NCBI GenBank assembly: GCA_021737265.1
Contig: JAIPEF010000001.1
Span: 5,416-69,415 of the forward strand
Direction of reading: 5' to 3'
From: Desulfocapsa sp.
GTDB taxonomy: Bacteria > Desulfobacterota > Desulfobulbia > Desulfobulbales > Desulfocapsaceae
Length of the DNA: 64,000 bases
Made by a program: the position numbers and the translations under genes. How positions within the stretch are numbered: position 1 is the stretch's first letter; each line of letters begins with the position of its first letter. Positions 50,360 to 59,478 of this stretch are shown here, piece by piece. Below the pieces are notes generated by a model. It saw only the letters and a list, made by a program, of their open reading frames with translations, did not search any database and was not told where the DNA came from.

Positions 50360-52435
50360 TCAAGGACACTGATGCGGATAATCCGGATTGGTATCGGCGA
50401 ATTCAGTATCACAGGCCGGATCACAGGGACTGCAGAGATCACGACTGGTTGCCCGGGTAAAATCATGGCAGTAGAGACAGTCGATACCGCTGCCTTTTTG
50501 GATGTGGCCATGCATCCTCTCATGATCACGAGGCATCTTCTTGCTTCCGTCATGGCATTGACCACAGACCTCTACCTTAGCGCCTTTCAGGGCGTAGCCC
50601 ATGCTATCCAGCATATTATCACTGTTAATATCCCAGACTCCATGACACTGAACACAGCCGGCAATGGTGGAAGCCCTGGTTATACCATGGGTGATCAGCT
50701 GGTAGGTGTCAGAGGTTCCCCAGTGGTCAAAATCGCCCACTGTAATACCGGCAGCTCTCATATTGGCCACACCTTGATTCACTGAAGTAGTAATATCACC
50801 AGACACCTTTAAATACTCCCAGGTATCCACAGCGATGATCTTGCCATCAGTGCTGATGGGAGCTTCGGAGGTCTTGTACTTGAAGGGATACAATTTACCG
50901 TTACCTTCTGTAATGTCACCTTGAGGCACTGAGGTCTGCAAGGTGTTACCGGTATCAGGATTAATCTGGGCGACATCACCAAGCAGGTAGTTATCACTCA
51001 ACCTGTTCCAGAATTTATAGGTCGGCACCAGAGGCTCAGTATTGGAATCATGATACGGATGACCCGGGCAGGGAGCTGCCGCTGAGCAATTGGCATCAGA
51101 TCCGTCAATATGCTTGGTCCAGATACGATGGGTCTCTGTGTGTGTCTTCCCATAGGTCGGGATATGACATGCCTGGCAGGCAACCTTGGCCATGTGACGA
51201 TCCGGTTCTCCCCGGACACCGGCCAGGGCATGGCTCCAGCCATCTCCACTTGGCTTGTTGTTATGACAGGACTCACAGCTGACCTCTGATTCAAAATCAG
51301 TGGGCCTGAGGTCTGATCCCTTACCGGAGACCTTATGCATTCCGTTGAAGGAGTGACAATCAACACACTGCAGGTTAGCTCCCGCATTATTCATATGGAC
51401 GTCATAGTCCGGATCGGTATTAGTGATAAGCTCATTGGCAATGTCACCACGTTTAATACCATTACCGCCGCCGCCAAAGGCATGGCATTTGAGGCAGTTT
51501 GTTCTGGTAGGTGCAGCTGGCTTGTTATACATGGAAGCGGTAGGATTCAGCGGTCCCATGGAGCCGTCGCCAAGCCTGGTACGGGCAAGAGTATACTCCT
51601 CATTGTGACACATCAGACAGTCAACGTTGGAGACATCATCACCATTACCTGGTTTCACACCACGACCGGCGTGACATGTTCCGCAAACGCCCCAGTCGCC
51701 AAGAATATTGATGCAGTAGGTGTTCATGGCGTTGGTAAGCTTACCCTGATCCGTATTCGGTTCGTTGGTCATATCTTCGCCCACACCTACCCATTTATAA
51801 TGGACAGAGTTAAAAGCAGCACCATACTGTCCGCCGGCCGGGCCATTGTCATGGCAGCCAAGACAGGCAGTCGGGTAATCAGCTGCAGTCAGACAGTCAT
51901 GGTTAAGATCACTGACCGGTACGCAAGCTGATTGACAGTCTGTATCGGCACCATCGGTAGCTCCGTCACAGTCGTTATCAATGCCATCGGCGCAGGAGAT
52001 TTCCGGATTCTCAGTCGGCGTACAGGTTAGGCACTCTGAGTCAGCAGCATCAGTGGCGCCATCACAATCGTTGTCAAGGCCGTCATCACATATTTCGGCA
52101 ACCGGATCGTTATCACGGACACAGGCACCCCATGCACCGCCGGTGCAGGTTTCCGTTCCCGCCTGACAAACACCTAACTCACCGGTGTCGCAGGGCTGGG
52201 TGTCATTTTCCGTACATGTGCCACAACTGTCAACACCATCACAGTCCTGGTCGATACCGTCGCACTCTACCTCCGGTGCACCGGGATAGATGGTACCATC
52301 GTTGTCATTGCAATCCTTGTTGTCCGTATAGCCGTCTTTGTCGTTGTCTACCGGTTTTCCCGCCAAGGCGCCTGTACAGGTGCCCAGAGATAAAACCAAC
52401 AGAATGGCAAGTAATGCCGAACTCCGTTTACTCAT
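50360..52435 (-). CDS. Exported decaheme cytochrome c with an octaheme tetrathionate reductase (OTR)-like core and N-terminal MopE-type metal-binding repeats
   Basis: Signal peptide; three DG.D(N/Q)DCDG repeats; 10 CxxCH motifs counted; HYKW...GK..N.YC, DVHM and VACQACHIP. Confidence 0.85.
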   Translation of the reverse strand: MSKRSSALLAILLVLSLGTCTGALAGKPVDNDKDGYTDNKDCNDNDGTIYPGAPEVECDGIDQDCDGVDSCGTCTENDTQPCDTGELGVCQAGTETCTGGAWGACVRDNDPVAEICDDGLDNDCDGATDAADSECLTCTPTENPEISCADGIDNDCDGATDGADTDCQSACVPVSDLNHDCLTAADYPTACLGCHDNGPAGGQYGAAFNSVHYKWVGVGEDMTNEPNTDQGKLTNAMNTYCINILGDWGVCGTCHAGRGVKPGNGDDVSNVDCLMCHNEEYTLARTRLGDGSMGPLNPTASMYNKPAAPTRTNCLKCHAFGGGGNGIKRGDIANELITNTDPDYDVHMNNAGANLQCVDCHSFNGMHKVSGKGSDLRPTDFESEVSCESCHNNKPSGDGWSHALAGVRGEPDRHMAKVACQACHIPTYGKTHTETHRIWTKHIDGSDANCSAAAPCPGHPYHDSNTEPLVPTYKFWNRLSDNYLLGDVAQINPDTGNTLQTSVPQGDITEGNGKLYPFKYKTSEAPISTDGKIIAVDTWEYLKVSGDITTSVNQGVANMRAAGITVGDFDHWGTSDTYQLITHGITRASTIAGCVQCHGVWDINSDNMLDSMGYALKGAKVEVCGQCHDGSKKMPRDHERMHGHIQKGSGIDCLYCHDFTRATSRDLCSPCDPACDTEFADTNPDYPHQCP

Positions 52436-52613
52436 TTTTACTCCTCCTTTTGTTGTTAGAATTCACCACAAATGTGATGAACGATTTTTCCAAAGAGAGT
52501 ACGAGCTCTCCCTTGAAGCCGTATCTCTGACCTGAAAAAGGAATATGTGAAAAACAAAAAATATTAGCAGAACAAAACAGGAGGGGCTGGTTGACAATAA
52601 GCCTTACAGCGTG

Positions 52614-52656
52614 AAAAACAACAGACCGAGCCACCTCATCAATAGGCAACCCGGCT
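52614..52656 (-). terminator. Riboswitch expression-platform terminator
   Basis: GCCGGGUUGCCU pairs with AGGUGGCUCGGU, followed by UGUUGUUUUU; uses the aptamer 3' strand. Confidence 0.65.
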
Positions 52657-52717
52657 ATCTTTACAGATCCGTGGCTTTCCGTCCCTGCTTCACAACAGGT
52701 TTGGCATTGTCATTGCG
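52640..52717 (-). ncRNA. c-di-GMP-I (GEMM) riboswitch
   Basis: Minus strand GACAAUGCCAAACCUGUUGUGAAGCAGGGACGGAAAGCCACGGAUCUGUAAAGAUAGCCGGGUUGCC: AAACC/GNRA P2, GGAAAGCC junction, P3 and GUUGCC end. Confidence 0.9.
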
Positions 52718-52800
52718 AAAATCTATAACCACATTGTGGTATTGTATTCAACAGTGGGGGCAATAAAAGACCCTCTCCCAAAGAGATACGTCACCGCTGT

Positions 52801-52816
52801 TGCAACAACCAGGCCA
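52801..52816 (-). promoter_or_regulatory. Sigma54 (-24/-12) promoter
   Basis: TGGCCTGGTTGTTGCA against consensus TGGCACGNNNNTTGCW, with correct GG-N10-GC spacing. Confidence 0.65.
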
Positions 52817-53352
52817 GCTAACAAGTTAATCTTTGCCAATAATTATCAGATCACCTCTAACATATTTGTATTTGGGCTCAAAGCACCAACCAAGGTGGCT
52901 TTTTTAAGATACATTTTGGGTGTCTCCACCCAACTGGGGGTGCCACAACGTAGGGTGATATGACCAACAGAGCGAGGCTGCTGTGGAGTTTGCCCCATTC
53001 TTGATGGGGAGTTTCCCATGCCGAGGTTGAATCTCAGCAGTGACAGAAAGTCGATTTTCCAGACTAGACTGCATAGGGAGTAGGACATGAGACCATCCCT
53101 TACCCCCTTCATTTTTTACTCAACAGTTTACCGAGGGTATTGCTTAAATTTGTAATTGTAAAAGGTTTGGGGAGCCGGGCATTGAAGCCATAGTGTTTAT
53201 AAGCAGACAACACTGGATCTTTTGAATAGCCGCAGGCTATTATCAAAATCCTCCATGAAAGGCCCTCTTCACTCAAAAGAACACTCCGGGTTCATTTCTA
53301 TTTTTATTTTGAGTATGTTATAATGAAAAAAGCACACCTCCAGGAGAAACAT

Positions 53353-54156
53353 ATGCGACTAGTTCTACTACTGTTTTTATTCTTTCCGACATTACTCACT
53401 GCGGCCGAGCCAATGCATTTTGTCTATTATGACAACTATCGACCACGTTCGTGGGCCGAGGATGGGAAAATGCGGGGCATACTCATCGATATTATTGATG
53501 AAGCCGTTGGCAAACGATTAGGTATTCCTGTGACCCATACCGGTTATCCGTGGAAAAGGGCTCAATACATGGTTGAAAAAGGGATGGCAGATGCCTTTAT
53601 CACCATACCTACCATGGAGCGTCGAGCCTACACAGTTATTGGTGAAGAGCCGATTTTAGTATTTACCCTCAGTATTGTGACTCGAAAAGATCACCCAAGG
53701 TCCATGGAAATGGAGGCCATAACTTCAGTTAAGCAACTGCGAGGATATAAAATTGCCGATTATCTTGGCAATGGATGGGCCCAACGTAATCTCACAGGCA
53801 TGGGCGTAGAGTGGTTATCGAATGTTGACAGAATCTTTCCTTTTTTAATCAATGGCCGGGCAGATTTAGTTGTGGCATCAAACCGCACGATATATGAGAT
53901 GAATCGTCAAGGATTCAATACAGCGCTTAAAGTTCTTCCAAACCCACTCTCATCGGTATCCTTTCATCTGTGTGTTGGAAAACACTCCCCATACAAGGAT
54001 AAACTCAAAGATTTTGACCGTATTTTTAAAGAAATGCATAAGGATGGGACAATAGAACGGATTGAAAAATCGTATTATCACGAAACTCACACAAGACCAA
54101 GCCACACACCTGCACAGAGTAAAGTGATAAGAAATAACATTCCACATCAGAGCTGA
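53353..54156 (+). CDS. Family-3 extracellular substrate-binding protein
   Basis: Signal peptide; GILIDII, YPWKRA and GRADL; AGGAG RBS; extended -10 TGTTATAAT at 53316-53324. Confidence 0.85.
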   Translation: MRLVLLLFLFFPTLLTAAEPMHFVYYDNYRPRSWAEDGKMRGILIDIIDEAVGKRLGIPVTHTGYPWKRAQYMVEKGMADAFITIPTMERRAYTVIGEEPILVFTLSIVTRKDHPRSMEMEAITSVKQLRGYKIADYLGNGWAQRNLTGMGVEWLSNVDRIFPFLINGRADLVVASNRTIYEMNRQGFNTALKVLPNPLSSVSFHLCVGKHSPYKDKLKDFDRIFKEMHKDGTIERIEKSYYHETHTRPSHTPAQSKVIRNNIPHQS

Positions 54157-54312
54157 TTATTATGACCAGGAGGATTTCATGCGAATAACTGAGAGACTGA
54201 ATACATACTGGTGAAACGGCAAGGAGTAGAGTATCTTTCCGACAACAATTTATCCGGCCGCTTTAGAAGCGTGTCAGATTTTACTAATCCCCTCAACCTT
54301 CTCAAACACCCA

Positions 54313-54831
54313 GTGCTAGCCAACGATATCCTCCGAAAAATCCGTTACAGCCTTGATCTGACAGACAGGGAAATGATCCAGATCTTTCATGCCTCCGGGC
54401 AGGAATTACCGGAAATCAAACTCCATACCCTACTCAAAAAAGAGGATGAAAAAGGATTTGTTCTCTGTTCCCCACCCCTGCTGAATGCATTCCTTGACGG
54501 CCTAATCATTTTCTACCGCGGTTCCCTGAAAAAACCCCATCCCGCCGTCGGACCTGTAGCTGTCAGCAATAACGATGTGTTACGAAAAATTCGCATTGCC
54601 CTTGCCTGCAAGGACACGGATATGCTGGAGGTCTTCAAACTTGCCGGAACCAGTCTATCCAAATCGGAATTATCGGCTTTTTTCAGAAGAAAGGACCACA
54701 AACATTACAAGGAATGCGGCGACCAGTTCCTTCGTCACTTTCTGCAGGGACTTGCCCTGTATAAGAAACGACCAGTTCAACGGAAAACGGTTTCCAGAAC
54801 AGAAACCGTATGGGTTAAAAGAAAAAAATAA
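54313..54831 (+). CDS. DUF1456 (YehS) family protein
   Basis: Duplicated ND(I/V)LRKIR; SKSELSAFFR..DHKHY.ECGDQFLR.FL.GL; GTG start assumed. Confidence 0.88.
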   Translation: MLANDILRKIRYSLDLTDREMIQIFHASGQELPEIKLHTLLKKEDEKGFVLCSPPLLNAFLDGLIIFYRGSLKKPHPAVGPVAVSNNDVLRKIRIALACKDTDMLEVFKLAGTSLSKSELSAFFRRKDHKHYKECGDQFLRHFLQGLALYKKRPVQRKTVSRTETVWVKRKK

Positions 54832-54843
54832 AGAATTCAGGCT

Positions 54844-56643
54844 TCAGGCTTCATATTTTTCAAGAGATAGGGGCTCCAGCGCAGCCTTCATTTTCTTCAA
54901 TTCCGCCAGGAACTTCTCCCGGGAGTCTTCAATGAGCTGACTGGAGAGTGCCTGGTAATAATCGATACCCTTAAAAAGATTTTCTCTCATCCCCTGCAGA
55001 AAAGAGGCTGAATGAGCCGCCAGCCCTACCGGAAAATTGTCCAGTTCTTTACGGAGGTAATCGATATAGAGACTCAGTTCCTTAATGAACATGTGGGGCC
55101 GATCGCTGGATGTCAAAAGGGACAGTCGCCCATAGATATGATCGACCATTTCCTGAAGAGTGGCAATCTTTGAAAAATCAACAATTCCCGGACCACAACA
55201 CACGGCAGCGGTGGCACCGGGGTCGATACCGGTGGGTACGGTAGCATTTCCACCCAGTTCATGACAGATACAGGCCTTTGCTAAAATCCTTTCTTTTATT
55301 ATTGCCAATGCTTCCGGGGAATAACCTTCTTCCGGCAGGTGCTGCAGCTTCTTTTTCTGGTAAGCCCGAGAGGCGAGACATATGGGCCTCGTGGTAAACT
55401 CTGTGCTGAAGCCCACAAACCCTTTAGGGCAGGATGACCCCGGTTTCCCCTCTTCAATCCTCTTGCGACGCGCCTCTTCGCTTGATGAGGTCCGAAGATT
55501 CCAGAAGGGAACCTCCAAGGGGGAGGCATCACTGAGAAAGACATCCTCTTCCGTGGCATCCGCCAGTCGTTTGAGATTGATCTCGTCCATTTCTGTTGCT
55601 TCAGGGACAAGCATGAATGGCGTCCCCCAGCCCACACTATCAACCTTGTAATATTTTAATAAAAAACTGTGCTCATCAGCCGTACCGACACCACCTTGTA
55701 CTGTTACTCGAAAACCTTGCGGAGTAGTTACCTCGGATTCTCCTTTTTCAGAGAGCGCCTTCCTGTACATGGGGACAAGCTTCTCAAGGAGGTCCTTTTT
55801 TTTCTGCTTAAACTCCTCCAGAACCACCCCTAAAAGAAAGCCTTTGGAGGCAAAGGCATGTCCACCGCAATTCAGACCGGATTCAATGCGAAACTCGGAT
55901 GCCCACAGTCCTAATTTGGCCAGGAAACGGCCCTGAATCTCAGACGAACGATGATCGCTGACCTTGAGGATGATTTTCTTTTTGATCTCACCATTCTGAT
56001 CAGGAAAAAAATCCTTAAACTCTGTCATATATCGATAGAGTCGTTTGTTGATTCCGGCGGAGAAGACCATTGAAGCAGAGAGAGTGCTTTCGGCAAAGCC
56101 ACGCAGAGCACTCATGGCATCTGCATAGATTGGGGGAAGCTTTTCTCCCTTTTTGTACTGATCACGATCAAGCTTGGTCATTATGTTTACATCAATGCTT
56201 CCCGGGACAGCTCGCGTACGAAGCAGATTCTGCACCTCATTTTTCTGAGATCCTTCAGGCATGGTCAACATGTCCAGGTATCTCTTTTTCAGCGGCACAT
56301 CATCGGGAAGCAACTCATAATATTTTGTGATCTCGCTGCCTTTTTCAAATGGCGAACTCTGTAACTCTTTGACCTGACGCCGCACCAGACGGTCTATCAG
56401 GTTGAGATAGGCAGTAATACGACGAGCACGGGGATCCTCACTCTTGTTCGAGATCTCCTCGTAGGGTTCGTTTTCTTTTTGGCAATGAAACTTGCGCATC
56501 TGCTCGATCAGAACATCATCCACAAGGGATATTGTTGAAGTGATACCATATCTGGCCACTTTCAGTGGGGTGTCTATGGTAAATCCTGTCCCCATAACCG
56601 GAATATGGAAGGTGTGGGCTGTTGCAGAAGTAGCGTCTGGCAT
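54844..56643 (-). CDS. Conserved uncharacterised protein, probable FMN TIM-barrel oxidoreductase
   Basis: HIPVMG, FSAG, ESGLNCGGH, QGGVGT and GWGTPF; several C-terminal Cys; GAGG RBS. Confidence 0.6.
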   Translation of the reverse strand: MPDATSATAHTFHIPVMGTGFTIDTPLKVARYGITSTISLVDDVLIEQMRKFHCQKENEPYEEISNKSEDPRARRITAYLNLIDRLVRRQVKELQSSPFEKGSEITKYYELLPDDVPLKKRYLDMLTMPEGSQKNEVQNLLRTRAVPGSIDVNIMTKLDRDQYKKGEKLPPIYADAMSALRGFAESTLSASMVFSAGINKRLYRYMTEFKDFFPDQNGEIKKKIILKVSDHRSSEIQGRFLAKLGLWASEFRIESGLNCGGHAFASKGFLLGVVLEEFKQKKKDLLEKLVPMYRKALSEKGESEVTTPQGFRVTVQGGVGTADEHSFLLKYYKVDSVGWGTPFMLVPEATEMDEINLKRLADATEEDVFLSDASPLEVPFWNLRTSSSEEARRKRIEEGKPGSSCPKGFVGFSTEFTTRPICLASRAYQKKKLQHLPEEGYSPEALAIIKERILAKACICHELGGNATVPTGIDPGATAAVCCGPGIVDFSKIATLQEMVDHIYGRLSLLTSSDRPHMFIKELSLYIDYLRKELDNFPVGLAAHSASFLQGMRENLFKGIDYYQALSSQLIEDSREKFLAELKKMKAALEPLSLEKYEA

Positions 56644-56844
56644 GGTGTCCTCAAGCCGTTTTAAACAGAGTGTAATGATGATTATTCTTTCATGAAGATA
56701 CAAATAACGGATCAATTCTAGCCTATAATAACTCATCATGTCCATAAAGTAATGGATTCTCTTCTCATCGCGCAGAAATTTTGTTTCCTGCCGGATAACG
56801 CACTGATGCTCTTTTCCTGCTGTTTTCCCTCAGCTAAAAAATTA

Positions 56845-57069
56845 TTAGTGAAAACAAAGTGCTGACAGCTCAACAAGAAACGCCCATATCCCTGCAAGAA
56901 ACATGAGACCGATGGCCGTGGCTGCCAATACCAGATTGATTTCTTTCTGATAGCGTCTGCACAGGCGTTTTAAGGTCTTTTTCCTTTTCTGACGAGCAGG
57001 TGCCCAGCAACCAAACGGTAATGCTTCCTGAAAATAGTGCAACCCACTGATACTGATCTTTTCTTTCAT
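56845..57069 (-). CDS. Small (74 aa) membrane protein
   Basis: AGGAGG RBS; basic stretch followed by one C-terminal TM helix. Confidence 0.6.
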   Translation of the reverse strand: MKEKISISGLHYFQEALPFGCWAPARQKRKKTLKRLCRRYQKEINLVLAATAIGLMFLAGIWAFLVELSALCFH

Positions 57070-57117
57070 GTTACTCCTCCTGTAATCATTTTGTTTACAG
57101 GGAGTGTAACAGGGGCA

Positions 57118-57138
57118 GGTGCTCACAGAGTGAGCACC
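57118..57138. promoter_or_regulatory. Perfect 9-bp inverted repeat (operator or hairpin)
   Basis: GGTGCTCAC-AGA-GTGAGCACC. Confidence 0.45.
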
Positions 57139-57174
57139 ATCTGAAAAAAATGCAGTTTTATGAAAAAATCAGCA

Positions 57175-58071
57175 TTACAGGAAGAGAGCAAGGAGCGAAA
57201 GGGAGGCAAAGGAAAGGAGTATCCCCCAGCCGACCAGGGCGGCTGTCAGCCTTGGAGCCAGTCCAACACTCATGGCCATGGCCCCGGAGGTGACCATTGG
57301 AGGCATGCCTGCTTCAAAAACGGCAATGCGGGATGCTGCGGTGTCTATCCCTAAAAGCTGACAGAGAAGGAGGGCGACAAAGGGTGCGACAACGAGCTTA
57401 ACTCCCAAGCCAAAACAAAAGGGAAGGGTCTGGCCCGGAGCCAATCGGATCTTTAACTGCAGACCAATGGCAAACATGACTACGGGCACCAGGGACGATG
57501 CAATCAGGGACAGGCTTGCAGCAATGGCCTCCTGCTGCAGGACCTGGGCACCAAGAAGCGCAACAAAGAGGGCAATGAACGGTGGAAACGTCAGAACTTT
57601 TTTTAAAATGTCAGCCCCACCCTGGTATTCCTGACCACTGTAAAGGGCGAGGATAAAAGAACCGTAAGTAGAGAGTGCCAGAAAAGAGCCAAACTGATCA
57701 TAGATAATACCGTAAGAGACCATCTCTGTGCCCCAGAAGGCCTCAATCATGGGGATCCCCAGAAAAGAGGTGTTTCCCAGTGGGACAGTGAGAAGAAGCA
57801 CCGCAGTTACCTCGGCAGACCAGCTGAACACACGGCTGGCAGCCCATACCAGAAGGGCGCCAAGGCCAGTCATCAGCCAGGGCATGAGCAGGAGGATAAA
57901 AAGATCTGTGGAAAAGGAAAGCATTGGGACCTGGCGCAGAATCAGGGCAGGGAGGGCTATCCAGATCACATAGAGATTCAGGGTCTGCGGGGCATTCTCG
58001 GCAAAGACAGCCCGTCGCTGCAGGAGCATGCCGCAGGCAAGACAGAGAAAGATGAGAATAAAATTTTCCAT
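57175..58071 (-). CDS. AEC (auxin efflux carrier) family transporter
   Basis: ALPALI, GNTSFLGIP, PPFIA, KL...P and EAGMPP; about 10 TM helices. Confidence 0.9.
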   Translation of the reverse strand: MENFILIFLCLACGMLLQRRAVFAENAPQTLNLYVIWIALPALILRQVPMLSFSTDLFILLLMPWLMTGLGALLVWAASRVFSWSAEVTAVLLLTVPLGNTSFLGIPMIEAFWGTEMVSYGIIYDQFGSFLALSTYGSFILALYSGQEYQGGADILKKVLTFPPFIALFVALLGAQVLQQEAIAASLSLIASSLVPVVMFAIGLQLKIRLAPGQTLPFCFGLGVKLVVAPFVALLLCQLLGIDTAASRIAVFEAGMPPMVTSGAMAMSVGLAPRLTAALVGWGILLSFASLSLLALFL

Positions 58072-58167
58072 TTGTCAGGAGCAATGCAATTCAGTAGGAT
58101 AGTGGAGTATCTTGCGTGTTTTCAATCCTGTTGTTCTTTCATTATACGCAACCCTGGAATTTTTATC

Positions 58168-58719
58168 ATGTTTAAAAATATTATCTGTCTCCTTTTTCTC
58201 CTCGTCAGCAGCCCGGCTCTGGGCCTGGAAATCGCGGGTGTAACCATCCCTGAGAGTTTATCCCCCGCCCTCCAGCTGAACGGGGCCGGTATCCGTTCTA
58301 AACTGTTTTTTAAAATCTATATCGCCGAACTCTATCTTGAACATCCCTCCCCCCTGGCAACCACTATCCTTGATGGTCCCGGCCGCAAGCGGGTGGTGAT
58401 GCATTTTCTCTATGACGAAGTGAAAAAAGAGAAGCTGGTTGAGAGTTGGAATGATGGATTTACGGCCAACCTCAGCCCGGAACAGCTTAAAAAACTGAGT
58501 TCAAAGATTCAGCAGTTTAATGATCTTTTTGTCGATATCCACGAAGGGGAAGAGATCATTCTTGATTATTCACCGGATCAGGGTACCGTGGTTTCCATTG
58601 CAGGAGAGAGCAAAGGAACCATCGAAGGAAAAGACTTTAATCGGGCCCTCCTCTCCATCTGGCTTGGTGATAAGCCGGTGACTAATGACCTTCGTGACGC
58701 CCTGCTGGGTAAAAAATAA
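58168..58719 (+). CDS. Chalcone isomerase-like periplasmic protein
   Basis: Signal peptide; LNGAGIRSKLFFKIY and IWLGDKP. Confidence 0.88.
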   Translation: MFKNIICLLFLLVSSPALGLEIAGVTIPESLSPALQLNGAGIRSKLFFKIYIAELYLEHPSPLATTILDGPGRKRVVMHFLYDEVKKEKLVESWNDGFTANLSPEQLKKLSSKIQQFNDLFVDIHEGEEIILDYSPDQGTVVSIAGESKGTIEGKDFNRALLSIWLGDKPVTNDLRDALLGKK

Positions 58720-58739
58720 CATAAAAAAAGGATTGTCCC

Positions 58740-59090
58740 ATGACCTATAAAGCTGTTTTCCATGTGGATCAGAATGAAGAACCGGTGATGAACCTGGCCC
58801 TGAACAACGTTTTCAATCTCCTGAATGCTATCCCCGATCAGGAACATGACCTGGTGGTTCTGCTGAATGGCCCGGCTGCCCGGCTTGTGGCTGGAGACGC
58901 TGTTGCTGTCTATCTTGCGTTCATCAAGGATCTGGTGGCCAAAGGGGTTCGTTTCCAAGTGTGTAGAAATGCTCTGAAACGCTTTGAGATACCAGAAAAT
59001 CAGGTGATTGAGGAGTATGAGATTATCCCTGCAGGGGTTGTGGCTCTCATTGATCTCCAGAATTATGGTTTCGCCTATATCAAACCATAA
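58740..59090 (+). CDS. DsrE/DsrF-like family protein
   Basis: VFHVD, AL.N..N, C.NAL, AGV..L..LQ..GFAYIKP. Confidence 0.85.
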   Translation: MTYKAVFHVDQNEEPVMNLALNNVFNLLNAIPDQEHDLVVLLNGPAARLVAGDAVAVYLAFIKDLVAKGVRFQVCRNALKRFEIPENQVIEEYEIIPAGVVALIDLQNYGFAYIKP

Positions 59091-59334
59091 GAGAAGGCAA
59101 GGGAGGAAAATTTTTCCGGATAGCTGAACTTGATATACTCACCCCGGTATAGGGTGAGGCTGGTATCCTGAGCTGGCGGATCCACAGCAAAATCCGGTAG
59201 CCGGTGATAATTTCACCGGAAGTCATTTCACCCTTCCCGGCCTGACAGAACACCACTGAACCCACGAGAAACACAAACAAAAATGAATTTTTTTCCTTAG
59301 CAATTCTTAAAGGCAAACCCACTGCCCCAGGTTT

Positions 59335-59426
59335 TTTTACTTATCCATCGGAACTCGAAGTTTTTACGAGTTTATCATACACTGATAAACTCGTAAAAAC
59401 CTCAAACCTAGGATGGCTAAGTAAAA
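59335..59426. repeat. Head-to-head dimer of the family-1 end module
   Basis: The left arm is the reverse complement of 44650-44689 with one mismatch; 5-nt loop TACAC. Confidence 0.85.
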
Positions 59427-59478
59427 CTCTCCATCATCCATGAAAGGCACACAAAATTATCCTACTGGAGGAATGCAC

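Noticed and set aside
52736-53112. Short ORFs upstream of the riboswitch
   Set aside because: No RBS or motifs; better explained as the sigma54 promoter and enhancer region
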